DNA from: an uncultured Pelagibacteraceae bacterium
Lineage (GTDB): Bacteria; Pseudomonadota; Alphaproteobacteria; Pelagibacterales; Pelagibacteraceae
Assembly (NCBI GenBank): GCA_902607215.1
Contig: CACLJJ010000001.1
Coordinates: forward strand, 1-55,110
Direction: 5' to 3'
Length of the DNA stretch: 55,110 bases
A program made the translations under genes and the position numbers. The first letter of the stretch is position 1. The number at the start of each line of letters is the position of its first letter. Positions 21,234 through 31,548 of the stretch are shown one piece after another. The notes below the pieces were generated by a model. The model saw only the letters and a list, made by a program, of their open reading frames with translations, was not told the DNA's origin and searched no databases.

Positions 21234-22488
21234 AAAAATAGCTCTAGTTGACTGTAATTCTTTTTACGTTTCTTGTGAAAGACTGTTCAATCCTAAAATA
21301 AGAAGAAAACCTGTTGTTGTTTTATCAAACAATGATGGCTGTATTATCTCAAGATCCAATGAAGCAAAAGCTTTGGGAATTAAAATGGGTGAGCCTTATT
21401 TCAAAGAAAAAGATATTATTGTAAAAAATGATGTTCAAGTATTTTCATCAAACTATGCTTTGTATGGAGATTTATCAAGGAGAGTGATGAGAACTCTAAA
21501 ACGTTTCAATTGTGATATAGAGATTTATTCAATTGATGAAGCTTTTTTAGATTTATCAAATTATTCTGATAATGAAATAGAAGATGTTGGAAAAGAAATC
21601 AGAAACGTAGTGTTACAATGGACTGGTATACCAACAAGTATAGGTATCGCGAAAACTAAAACTCTAAGTAAAGTTGCAAATCATATTGCTAAAAAAAAAC
21701 AATCTGGTCTTGTTAGTTTAATAGGAGTTGAAAATATTGATCCAATATTAGAAAAAGTAGAAATTAATGACGTGTGGGGAGTTGGTAAACAGTTAACAAA
21801 ATTTTATCATAACAATGGAATTTATAATGCGAAACAATTAAAAAATAAATCTAATACATGGATTAAAAAAAATTCTAATGTTTTAGGCTCTAGAACAGCG
21901 ATGGAACTCAGAGGTATACCTTGTATTGATTTAGAAAAAATAAATACAAAAAGAAAAAGTTGTGTTGTATCACGTTCATTTGGAAAAAGAGCAGAAAGTT
22001 TTCAAGAATTAAAAGAAGCAATTGCAGGTTATTCATTAAATGCTTCTGAAAAAATTAGATCCGAGTCTCTAGTTGCAAAATCAATAACTGTTTTTATTAG
22101 AACAAATCCTTTTCAAAATCGTTATGGTTTTTATTCCAACTCAAAAACAATAGATTTACCAATGGCTACCAATAATAGTATTGAAATTGTAAAGACTGCT
22201 GTTTCTGGTTTAGAAACTATTTTTAAAAATGGTTATCGATATCAAAAAGCTGGTGTGATGCTATCTCATTTATCCGATTCAAATAATGGAAAAAATTTAT
22301 TTTCTTCCGAAAGAGATGAAAAAATAAATAGCTTAATGAAATCTATTGATAATACTAATTATAAATACGGAAGATCAACTTTAAGTCTTGCAAGTGCCGG
22401 TGTTCACAAAAAATGGAACTCAAGAAGACAACATTATTCTAAAATAGACACAGCTGATTTTTATTCTTTGCCAACGATAAAAAACTAA
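21211..22488 (+). CDS. umuC: Y-family DNA polymerase V subunit UmuC
   Basis: DCNSFYVSCE, VVLSNNDGC, SSNYALYGDLS, YSIDEAF and VSRSFG motifs. Confidence 0.94.
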   Translation: MSSTQYTKKIALVDCNSFYVSCERLFNPKIRRKPVVVLSNNDGCIISRSNEAKALGIKMGEPYFKEKDIIVKNDVQVFSSNYALYGDLSRRVMRTLKRFNCDIEIYSIDEAFLDLSNYSDNEIEDVGKEIRNVVLQWTGIPTSIGIAKTKTLSKVANHIAKKKQSGLVSLIGVENIDPILEKVEINDVWGVGKQLTKFYHNNGIYNAKQLKNKSNTWIKKNSNVLGSRTAMELRGIPCIDLEKINTKRKSCVVSRSFGKRAESFQELKEAIAGYSLNASEKIRSESLVAKSITVFIRTNPFQNRYGFYSNSKTIDLPMATNNSIEIVKTAVSGLETIFKNGYRYQKAGVMLSHLSDSNNGKNLFSSERDEKINSLMKSIDNTNYKYGRSTLSLASAGVHKKWNSRRQHYSKIDTADFYSLPTIKN

Positions 22489-23303
22489 TTAAATCGCTCT
22501 TCTTTTTTAGGTTTCCTAAACACTATACTGTCTAAATAAATTCTTTGATCTAGAAGACTTTCCCAATCAGAATTCCAATAACCAATTGTTCCCCATCTAT
22601 AAATACCCATTTTAAAATAACCACCTGTACAAGTGTCAGCAAGAGTTTTTATATTTTTTAGATCAGCTATTTTTTTATTATTTTTGTAAATAATAAATCT
22701 TCCAGTTTCGTCTAATTTCCATAACACATGAAACTTAATATGCGTCCATTTACCTTTAAGATCTTCTATTTTACCAATTATCACTGGATCAGCTGAATAA
22801 GCTGCCTTACTATTCCACATGTAATGGTTTTCGCCTTTGTATTTTTTATCTATAGACCAAAAATGACAACAACTATTACAACCTTTCGGTTTTTTTCCTG
22901 AATGCATTTGGCCAATTATTACATTGGCATTTTTTTCTAAACTTTCATAACTTTCATCAAAATATATTGCATATTCATAAATGTATTCTTTATTTTTTAG
23001 TTTCATGTTGCCCAAGCTAATCTCTTGTCTACTTCGATTTCCTTTACCATCGCACCATTTATTTTTTGAATTTCCTTCATCACATCCAGCATCTTCTCTA
23101 TTAACTGTTACTTGAATACTTGTATCTCCCTCATAAACTGGATAACCATCTATTTTTTTTACTTGGATAATTCTATTTACTTTACCAACAGGTGTAGAGA
23201 GATATTGTTTTTTAAACCCTTTAATATCTTTGAATTTTTTCGCAACAGCATGTGGGTTAAAAAATAATAAAGAAATAAAAATTATTGTTAGGAAATTCTT
23301 CAC
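22485..23303 (-). CDS. Secreted polysaccharide-lyase-like jelly-roll protein
   Basis: Signal peptide; RQEI, IGQMH and YFKMGIYR motifs resemble PL7/heparin-lyase-I-type folds; GTG start overlaps the serA stop. Confidence 0.7.
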   Translation of the reverse strand: MKNFLTIIFISLLFFNPHAVAKKFKDIKGFKKQYLSTPVGKVNRIIQVKKIDGYPVYEGDTSIQVTVNREDAGCDEGNSKNKWCDGKGNRSRQEISLGNMKLKNKEYIYEYAIYFDESYESLEKNANVIIGQMHSGKKPKGCNSCCHFWSIDKKYKGENHYMWNSKAAYSADPVIIGKIEDLKGKWTHIKFHVLWKLDETGRFIIYKNNKKIADLKNIKTLADTCTGGYFKMGIYRWGTIGYWNSDWESLLDQRIYLDSIVFRKPKKEERFN

Positions 23304-24238
23304 TATACAGTGTTAATCTTAAGACCTTTTAATAAAAAATTCGATATTTGATTTGCTACCATTTCGGCTACAACTATTGAAGCTTCTGTTGTGGATGCTG
23401 CTATGTGAGGAGTTAAAATTACTTTTGGATTGTTAAATAAAACATTTTCTTTAGCTGGTTCTTTTGAAAAAACATCTACTGCAGCTCCAGCAATTAGATT
23501 TTCATTTAGCGCATCATTTAAATCTTTTTCATCAACAATGTTACCTCTAGCGGCATTAATTATATAAGTTCTAGGTTTCATTTTTTTATAGTGCTCTTTA
23601 GTAATCATTGGTTTTCCGTCTTTAAGAGACTTACAATGAAAACTTATGATATCGCTTTTACTTATCAATTCGTCAAAGCTTACATTTTCTACATGTGGAT
23701 AGTCTTTTTTTCTAGATTCTAGTGATTTTGAATTAACCAATATTTTCATATCAAAACCTTTAACTAGGTTGCTTAGTCTCACACCTACATTTCCAAAACC
23801 AACTATACCTAATGTTTTTTTTGAAAGTTCGGCACCTTTAATATTTTTTTTCTCCCATTGACCTTTGTGAGTTGTGTCATTAGCAAAAGGAATTTTTCTT
23901 AGCACCGACATTATTAATGCAAACGCATGTTCTGCTGTTGCATTGGCATTTCCACCAGGAGTGTTCATAACAATCATATTTTTTTCTTTAGCTGTTGATA
24001 CATCTATATTGTCTACACCAGCGCCAGCTCTACCTATTACTTTTAAATTTTTTGCAACTTCAATTATTTTTTTAGTTACTTTTGTGGCTGATCTAACTAC
24101 CATTCCATCGTACTCTGGAATAATTTTAATAATCTCTTCTTCTGATAAACCGGTTTTTACATCAACAGAAATATTATTTTTCTCAAAAATTTTTTGAGCA
24201 ACATTGCTCATTGCGTCTGAAATTAAAACTTTAGGCAT
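23303..24238 (-). CDS. serA: D-3-phosphoglycerate dehydrogenase, short form without ACT domain
   Basis: VRSATKVT, IGRAGAGVDNID, MNTPGGN, INAARG and TPHIAAST motifs; 311 aa; overlaps serC. Confidence 0.85.
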   Translation of the reverse strand: MPKVLISDAMSNVAQKIFEKNNISVDVKTGLSEEEIIKIIPEYDGMVVRSATKVTKKIIEVAKNLKVIGRAGAGVDNIDVSTAKEKNMIVMNTPGGNANATAEHAFALIMSVLRKIPFANDTTHKGQWEKKNIKGAELSKKTLGIVGFGNVGVRLSNLVKGFDMKILVNSKSLESRKKDYPHVENVSFDELISKSDIISFHCKSLKDGKPMITKEHYKKMKPRTYIINAARGNIVDEKDLNDALNENLIAGAAVDVFSKEPAKENVLFNNPKVILTPHIAASTTEASIVVAEMVANQISNFLLKGLKINTV

Positions 24239-25385
24239 TATTTTTTATTGAATTATATGCCCAGTCTATCCAAGGTAATAGTGCTTTGATGTCACTATTT
24301 TGTACAGTTGATCCACCCCATATTCTTATACTAGGGGGTGCTTTAGGATAACCGTTAATATCATTAGCTACTCCTTCTTTTTCTAGAAGTGAAAATAATT
24401 TTTTTAATACTCCTCTTTGCTCTTCTTCATTAAACTTTGTAAACCATTCATCTTTAATTAAAACAGTAATACTTGTTGCAGATCTTATTTTTTTATCTTC
24501 ACACATAAATTTAAAACAATCACTCTTATTAATCCAATCTTCTACAATTTTTAAATTCTCATTAGAAATTTTTACTAATTCCTTTGTGCCACCTATTGAT
24601 TCTACCCAGTTTAAAGCATCTAACACATCTTCAACACAAATCATTGAAGGAGTGTTAATAGTGCCTCCTTCGAAGATACCTTTTATTAATTTTTTTTTGC
24701 TTGCTAATCTAAATAATTTTGGAATTGGCCAAGAAGGAACATAAGTTTCAAGTCTTTGAACTGCACGTGGAGATAATGCTATCATTCCATGCGCGGCTTC
24801 TGCCCCCAAAACTTTTTGCCAAGACCATGTTATGACATCAAGCTTACTACAATCTATATCCATAGCAAAAATACCTGATGTTGCGTCACAAATTGTTAAA
24901 CCTTCTCTGTCATCAGGTATCCAATCACCATTTGGAATTCTGACGCCAGCAGTTGTTCCATTCCATGTAAATATTACATCATTTTTAAAATTTACTTTAG
25001 TTAAATCAGGAAGAATGCCGTAATCAGTTACGTGACTGTTTACATCTTTTATTTTTAATTGTTCAAGTATGTCTATTACCCAATCTTTTCCAAAATTTTC
25101 CCAGGCCAGAACATCAACTCCTTTACAGCCTAAAAGAGACCACATAGCAGATTCCAAAGCACCAGTGTTTGAGCCTGTCATTATGCCTACAAGGTAAGAA
25201 TCTGGTAATTGCAGAATTTTTTTAGATTTAATTATTGCTTCATTTAACTTGTCTTTACATACTTTATGTCTGTGGGATCTTCCTATTGGTGTGTTTTTTA
25301 AAACGTCAATACTCCATCCCGGACGTTTAGAGCATGGGCCGCTTGAAAAATTTGGATTTTGAGGTTTTATACTTGGTTTTTCCAT
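24231..25385 (-). CDS. serC: Phosphoserine aminotransferase (alphaproteobacterial/Methanosarcina type)
   Basis: FSSGPC, GRSHR, WNGTTAGV, CDATS, SWQK (PLP lysine), TINTPSM and RIW motifs. Confidence 0.92.
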   Translation of the reverse strand: MEKPSIKPQNPNFSSGPCSKRPGWSIDVLKNTPIGRSHRHKVCKDKLNEAIIKSKKILQLPDSYLVGIMTGSNTGALESAMWSLLGCKGVDVLAWENFGKDWVIDILEQLKIKDVNSHVTDYGILPDLTKVNFKNDVIFTWNGTTAGVRIPNGDWIPDDREGLTICDATSGIFAMDIDCSKLDVITWSWQKVLGAEAAHGMIALSPRAVQRLETYVPSWPIPKLFRLASKKKLIKGIFEGGTINTPSMICVEDVLDALNWVESIGGTKELVKISNENLKIVEDWINKSDCFKFMCEDKKIRSATSITVLIKDEWFTKFNEEEQRGVLKKLFSLLEKEGVANDINGYPKAPPSIRIWGGSTVQNSDIKALLPWIDWAYNSIKNNA

Positions 25386-25469
25386 AAAAATAATTCGTGT
25401 AGATATATTTCTTTTTAAAAAAGATTATCACTATTTTTTTTATATATATTTTTTATAACTAAAAAAAAT

Positions 25470-26672
25470 TTATTCAAAATCATAGGCAATTAATCCATCC
25501 AAAGGTTTCGGATCAAACCAAGTCGATTTTGGTGGCATATTTAATTTTTTATCTGCAAAACTTATTACATTTTGAACCTGTGTAGCAAACAAAGCAAAAC
25601 CAATTTTGGCTTTGTTCGAATTTACTTTATTTTCAATCGCTTTTAATCCATGAAATCCGGCTAAAAAATCTATTCTATTATCGTACCTAGGATCACCAAT
25701 ACCTAAAATTGGTTCTAATAAATAATAATGCAACAAATTAATATCTAAATTAATAATATGAAATAGATTTTGTTCAGGTAGTTCTTTCAATTCTAAAGAA
25801 TACCATTGTTTATCTAAGTACATTCCAAATGTTTGAGGTTTTTTTGGTTTGTAAGAAGAATTTTGTTTTTCAACTTTAAATTTCTTTTTAATTTGTTTGA
25901 TTAAATCTTTTGGAGAATAACCATACAAATCTTTTATTAATCTATTGTAATCAAGTAATCTTACTTGACTTTGAGGAAATATAGCAACCATAAAATAATT
26001 ATAAGGTTCATCTCCTATATGATTTGGATTTTTGTGTTTTTTAAATTCTGTTAGTTTAGATAAAGCTTCCATTCTGTGATGTCCATCAGCAATATAAATA
26101 CGGTTTATAGAATTAAACAAATTACAAATTTTTTTAATTTTTTGCTCTTCATTTATAACCCAAATTTCATGTTTGCATTTATCTAAAGCATCAAATGAGT
26201 ATATTGGTTTTGATAAAATTTCTTTTTTTAATAATTCGTTGAGCTGTTCATTATCAGGATAAATTGTATAAATAGGACCTATCTGTGCATTTAAATTATC
26301 CATCTGTTTAAGTCTTTTTTGAGCACGCTCTAAGAAAATCTCTTCATGACCGCGAATGTGCAAGTTATCATAAGTAGATAATTTTGCGGTTCCAATTATT
26401 CCAATCTGTTCGTGATTTTTATCAGATATTTTATAAGTATAAAAACAAGTTTCTTCTTCTTTTTTTAATATGGATTTTTTTTTCATCAATTCAAATTGTT
26501 CTTTTGATTTTGAATCATTTTCAGCATTAAAAACATTTAAATAACTCCAGGGATTTTTTTTTAAATGATTTATTTTTCCTTCTTCTGTTAAATGATCTGT
26601 GCTTGCAACAGCTACTCTAGATGCATTTTCTTTAGTTGGTCTTAAAGCTTTAAAAGGATTAATAAAATACAT
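25470..26672 (-). CDS. DUF1015 family protein
   Basis: PFKALRP, HEE, YIADGHHR and MPPKSTWFDPK motifs typical of DUF1015. Confidence 0.88.
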   Translation of the reverse strand: MYFINPFKALRPTKENASRVAVASTDHLTEEGKINHLKKNPWSYLNVFNAENDSKSKEQFELMKKKSILKKEEETCFYTYKISDKNHEQIGIIGTAKLSTYDNLHIRGHEEIFLERAQKRLKQMDNLNAQIGPIYTIYPDNEQLNELLKKEILSKPIYSFDALDKCKHEIWVINEEQKIKKICNLFNSINRIYIADGHHRMEALSKLTEFKKHKNPNHIGDEPYNYFMVAIFPQSQVRLLDYNRLIKDLYGYSPKDLIKQIKKKFKVEKQNSSYKPKKPQTFGMYLDKQWYSLELKELPEQNLFHIINLDINLLHYYLLEPILGIGDPRYDNRIDFLAGFHGLKAIENKVNSNKAKIGFALFATQVQNVISFADKKLNMPPKSTWFDPKPLDGLIAYDFE

Positions 26673-26681
26673 AAAAATTAA

Positions 26682-27563
26682 TTAAATCTTTCTTCCTTTA
26701 ATGGTATCAATATTGGAAATATTTGATAATGAATTTTTGTACTCATCTAAGTTTTCTCTTGCAGAAAGAGTAAAAATCACCGCATTTAAAACAACTATTA
26801 CAACTACTGGTATTAAAGTGATTATAGAAATAAAATTTAAAATAAAATAACAATAAACTAACAAAAATATCATAGATCTTGCTAGCCAAATAAATTTAAA
26901 AACAGAAATTATTGATAATGAGTGTTGAATTAAATTTGAAAAACTCATTTTTGATGGACCAAAATATCTAGCTCCACGAATAGAAGGAGTTGATTTTCTA
27001 TCTTTTGATACTTTGCATAATGAGCCAGAAAAACTATTCCAGGTTGCTTTTTCAATAATCATTTTTTCAACAATTGATTTTGGTAGTAAAGTAAAATTAC
27101 CAAACTTTATATTTTGTCCTGTAAAAATTAAAATTAAAAGCTTGTGCACCTCATAGCAAAGTTTAAATAACAAACCTTCTGATCTTTTTATTCTATTAGC
27201 TGTGATTACATGATCGGGATAATCTTTAGATTTTTCTATTAATAATTTTATTTCTTCGGGTCTATCTTCCCCATCTCCATCCATTGGAATAACATAATCA
27301 AAATCTTCTTTTTCAAATATATATTTTAAACCAACGGCATTGCATCGTGCATGTCCTTTGTTTTCTTTCATATTTATTATTTTGATCGATTTAATATTTT
27401 TAAATTCAAAATTTTCTTCCTCTTTTTCTTCATTTGAGCCATCATTAACAATTAATACTGATACTTCGTCATTAAGATCATTGATTTGTTGATCAATATT
27501 TTTTAGAAGTTCAAAAACTGATCGCCAATCATTATAGATGGGTATTAATATTTTTATTTTCAT
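26682..27563 (-). CDS. GT2 glycosyltransferase, polyprenyl-phosphate sugar synthase type (ArnC/GtrB-like)
   Basis: IPIYND, VNDGS, NKGH and MDGDGED motifs; two C-terminal TM helices. Confidence 0.85.
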   Translation of the reverse strand: MKIKILIPIYNDWRSVFELLKNIDQQINDLNDEVSVLIVNDGSNEEKEEENFEFKNIKSIKIINMKENKGHARCNAVGLKYIFEKEDFDYVIPMDGDGEDRPEEIKLLIEKSKDYPDHVITANRIKRSEGLLFKLCYEVHKLLILIFTGQNIKFGNFTLLPKSIVEKMIIEKATWNSFSGSLCKVSKDRKSTPSIRGARYFGPSKMSFSNLIQHSLSIISVFKFIWLARSMIFLLVYCYFILNFISIITLIPVVVIVVLNAVIFTLSARENLDEYKNSLSNISNIDTIKGRKI

Positions 27564-27567
27564 AAAT

Positions 27568-27693
27568 CTAATTTAATGAATTAAAAAATCTTACTAAGGA
27601 AGCAAATATACCATGTCCTGAAAGTTCAATAACCAAAACAATTAAAACTATAAATAGTATTTTTTTTACTTTATCATTAAAAAAATTATTCAT
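27568..27693 (-). CDS. Unannotated 41-aa small membrane protein
   Basis: Manual translation MNNFFNDKVKKILFIVLIVLVIELSGHGIFASLVRFFNSLN*; its ATG overlaps the upstream TGA, and its stop is 4 nt before the GT2 ATG. Confidence 0.6.
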   Translation of the reverse strand: MNNFFNDKVKKILFIVLIVLVIELSGHGIFASLVRFFNSLN

Positions 27694-28997
27694 TTATTTC
27701 CTACACAAATATTATCTATACAAATAAACATGTTATAGCTATCCAGTTTGCTTTTATCCAGCTCTCCCTCCCAAGCTGGTCTAGATTTTAAGTGATACGA
27801 TAAATTTCCAGCATTCCATTCATTTCCTAAAACAACATTAATTGGTTCATTAAATCCCGAATCCCATTTTTTTTGAACTTTCTCTGCAATCTCTTTTCCA
27901 TGATAGTCTGTTCTTTTATCTGTTTGACTGATTGAAATATATGCATAAATAATTGGTGAGATTAAAAATAAAAAAATGAAAGCAATATAAAAATTTTTAA
28001 TTTTTTTTAAGTTTATTTGTTTTTGAAAAATATAAATTAATAAAGTTCCGATAAATAGGTAAAAAGGAGTCATCCACATTGTTCTAATTTTAACTCCCAT
28101 AATCATAGAAGTTAAAAACACTAAAGCTATTGGAAGAATGTTTATTGCTAATAAAAATAACAATTTATCATCTTTAAAATTAAGTTTAGTTTTTAATTTA
28201 GAAATTAATAATAAAAGCATTAAAAAGAAAGGTGTCAATATTCCAATTTGTTTACCCAAAAAGATTAATGGATGAACAATGTGATCTACTAAGTTCTGCT
28301 CTCCGCCGCCTGTTCTATGAAGACCATAAGTAATTGTTATATAATCATTTTCAGTTAGCCAAATTAGATGTGGAAGCAAAACTATTAAAAAAGGAACTAG
28401 AGATATAATAGATTTATAATGAGCTTTTTTTTTAAAAAACATATAAACTAAAAATAAATCCATCGCTATACCTAGATAAATAAATAAGTATTTTGATAAA
28501 AACCCAAATCCAGCAAATAAACCAACCAGCAACCAATCTAAAATTTTATTATCTTTAAAGCCTTTCCAAAGATATAAAACTGTTAATGCCCAAAAAGGCA
28601 TTAAACAAACATTTACGTTAAATTCTGGGGTAATGAAGTTAAAAAAGTAAATTCCTTCCAACAACAGTATAGAAATTAAGTGAAAAATTTTATTTTCAAA
28701 AAATTCTTCTGAAAGTTTAAAAACTACAAAAAAAGAAATAATTACAAATATTTGGCTTAATAAATAGTAAGCCCAGTCTTGTGAACCAAAAATTTGATAA
28801 AAAATCTCAACAATAAATGCGCTCATTGGTGGATGTTTATTAAATCCCCAATCAAGATTACTACCCCAGGCTAATGCCTCGATGGTATCTAAAGGTAAAT
28901 TTTTATTTGTTAATGATGGAATCGCTGTCCATAAAAATAAATGAATTGTTAAAAAAATATAAAATAAACTATTAATTTTTTTTTTATAAATAACCAT
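27690..28997 (-). CDS. GT-C fold membrane glycosyltransferase (ArnT / RgtA-D / PMT_2-like)
   Basis: Multi-TM; DTIEALAWG...WGFNKHPP, GFLSKY and PHLIW motifs. Confidence 0.82.
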   Translation of the reverse strand: MVIYKKKINSLFYIFLTIHLFLWTAIPSLTNKNLPLDTIEALAWGSNLDWGFNKHPPMSAFIVEIFYQIFGSQDWAYYLLSQIFVIISFFVVFKLSEEFFENKIFHLISILLLEGIYFFNFITPEFNVNVCLMPFWALTVLYLWKGFKDNKILDWLLVGLFAGFGFLSKYLFIYLGIAMDLFLVYMFFKKKAHYKSIISLVPFLIVLLPHLIWLTENDYITITYGLHRTGGGEQNLVDHIVHPLIFLGKQIGILTPFFLMLLLLISKLKTKLNFKDDKLLFLLAINILPIALVFLTSMIMGVKIRTMWMTPFYLFIGTLLIYIFQKQINLKKIKNFYIAFIFLFLISPIIYAYISISQTDKRTDYHGKEIAEKVQKKWDSGFNEPINVVLGNEWNAGNLSYHLKSRPAWEGELDKSKLDSYNMFICIDNICVGNK

Positions 28998-29026
28998 TTA
29001 ATTGAATTTATACAATTAAACCTTAC

Positions 29027-29054
29027 TTGACACTATCTATTTGCTGAATATAAT
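29027..29054 (+). promoter_or_regulatory. Consensus sigma70 promoter for dksA
   Basis: TTGACA-N16-TATAAT followed by the GC-rich discriminator CCGGTCGC. Confidence 0.85.
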
Positions 29055-29077
29055 CCGGTCGCTTAAAACGATAGAAA

Positions 29078-29494
29078 ATGGTCAAGATATCAAAAATTTA
29101 TATTCCAAAAGAATCGGAAAAGTATATGTCTGAAAAGCATAAAGTTTATTTTAGAAATAAACTTTTGGAATGGAAAAAAGATTTAGTTAGAACAAATAAT
29201 GAAGCACTTTATAATAACTCATTAGATGACAATAGCACTTCTGCAGATATTGTCGATCAAGCAAGCTCATACACAGAAAAAAATGTTGAAATGAGAGCCA
29301 TCAACAGACAAATCAAATTAATTTCAAAAATTGATGCTGCACTAAATAGAATTAAGAATGGAACTTATGGTTTTTGTGAGGAGACTGCTGAGCCAATTGG
29401 TCTTAAAAGATTAATGGCAAGACCAGTGGCTACTTTGTGTATTGCTGCTCAAGAAAAACATGAAAAAGACGAAAAAGTTTACGCTGACAATTAA
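29078..29494 (+). CDS. dksA: RNA polymerase-binding transcription factor DksA
   Basis: DxxDxA tip (DIVDQA), KIDAALNRI, YGFCEET and RLMARPVATLC motifs. Confidence 0.93.
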   Translation: MVKISKIYIPKESEKYMSEKHKVYFRNKLLEWKKDLVRTNNEALYNNSLDDNSTSADIVDQASSYTEKNVEMRAINRQIKLISKIDAALNRIKNGTYGFCEETAEPIGLKRLMARPVATLCIAAQEKHEKDEKVYADN

Positions 29495-30130
29495 GGTTTA
29501 GGAATAACCTCTCCACGATTCATAAAATCATATCCTTTAATCACAGCTTTTCTTTTTGAAATTTCTAGATACCATCTAGTCAAATTTTTATAATTTTTAA
29601 TACCAATATCGTGCCAATCATGTCTTGCAATCCAGGGAAAAGTTGCTACATCGGCAATTGAGTAATTATCTCCAGCAAGATATTTTGATTGGTCTAATCT
29701 TTGATCTAAATCACCATATATAGTTTTGGTTATTTTAAAATATCTTTCTTCACCCCATTTATCCTTTCCAGAATTATAACGATGAAATTGATGGTGTTGC
29801 CCTAACATTGGGCCAACATAGCCCATTTGAGCCATTAACCATTGGTTAATTTTTGTTCTATTTTTTTGTTCATAAAATTTATTACTTTTTTCCCCAAGAT
29901 ACATAAGGATAGCTCCAGATTCAAAAACAGCTTCTTTATTATTGTCATGATCAATAATTACTGGAATTTTACTAAAAGGACTAATTTTTCTAAATTCTGA
30001 TTCAAATTGTTCGCCCTTTGAAAAATTTCCTCCAGGATTAATATTTATTTTGGTAACTTTGTATTCAAAGCCAATCTCCTCAAGCATAATTGAAATTTTT
30101 TTACCGTTTGGTGTGTCTGCCGTAAGAAGT

Positions 30131-30138
<8 letters not shown>
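29491..30138 (-). CDS. Glutathione S-transferase, YfcG/YghU (Nu) class
   Basis: TPNG, KIPVI, FESGAI, GPMLGQ and YSIAD motifs. Confidence 0.9.
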
Positions 30139-31521
<1,383 letters not shown>

Positions 31522-31548
31522 ATAATAGTTTCTAACTCTGGGATATAA

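Noticed and set aside
25386-25469. Glycine or serine riboswitch upstream of serC
   Set aside because: The 84-bp gap is almost all A/T with no aptamer core; the TCTTTTTAAAAAAGA symmetry is low complexity.
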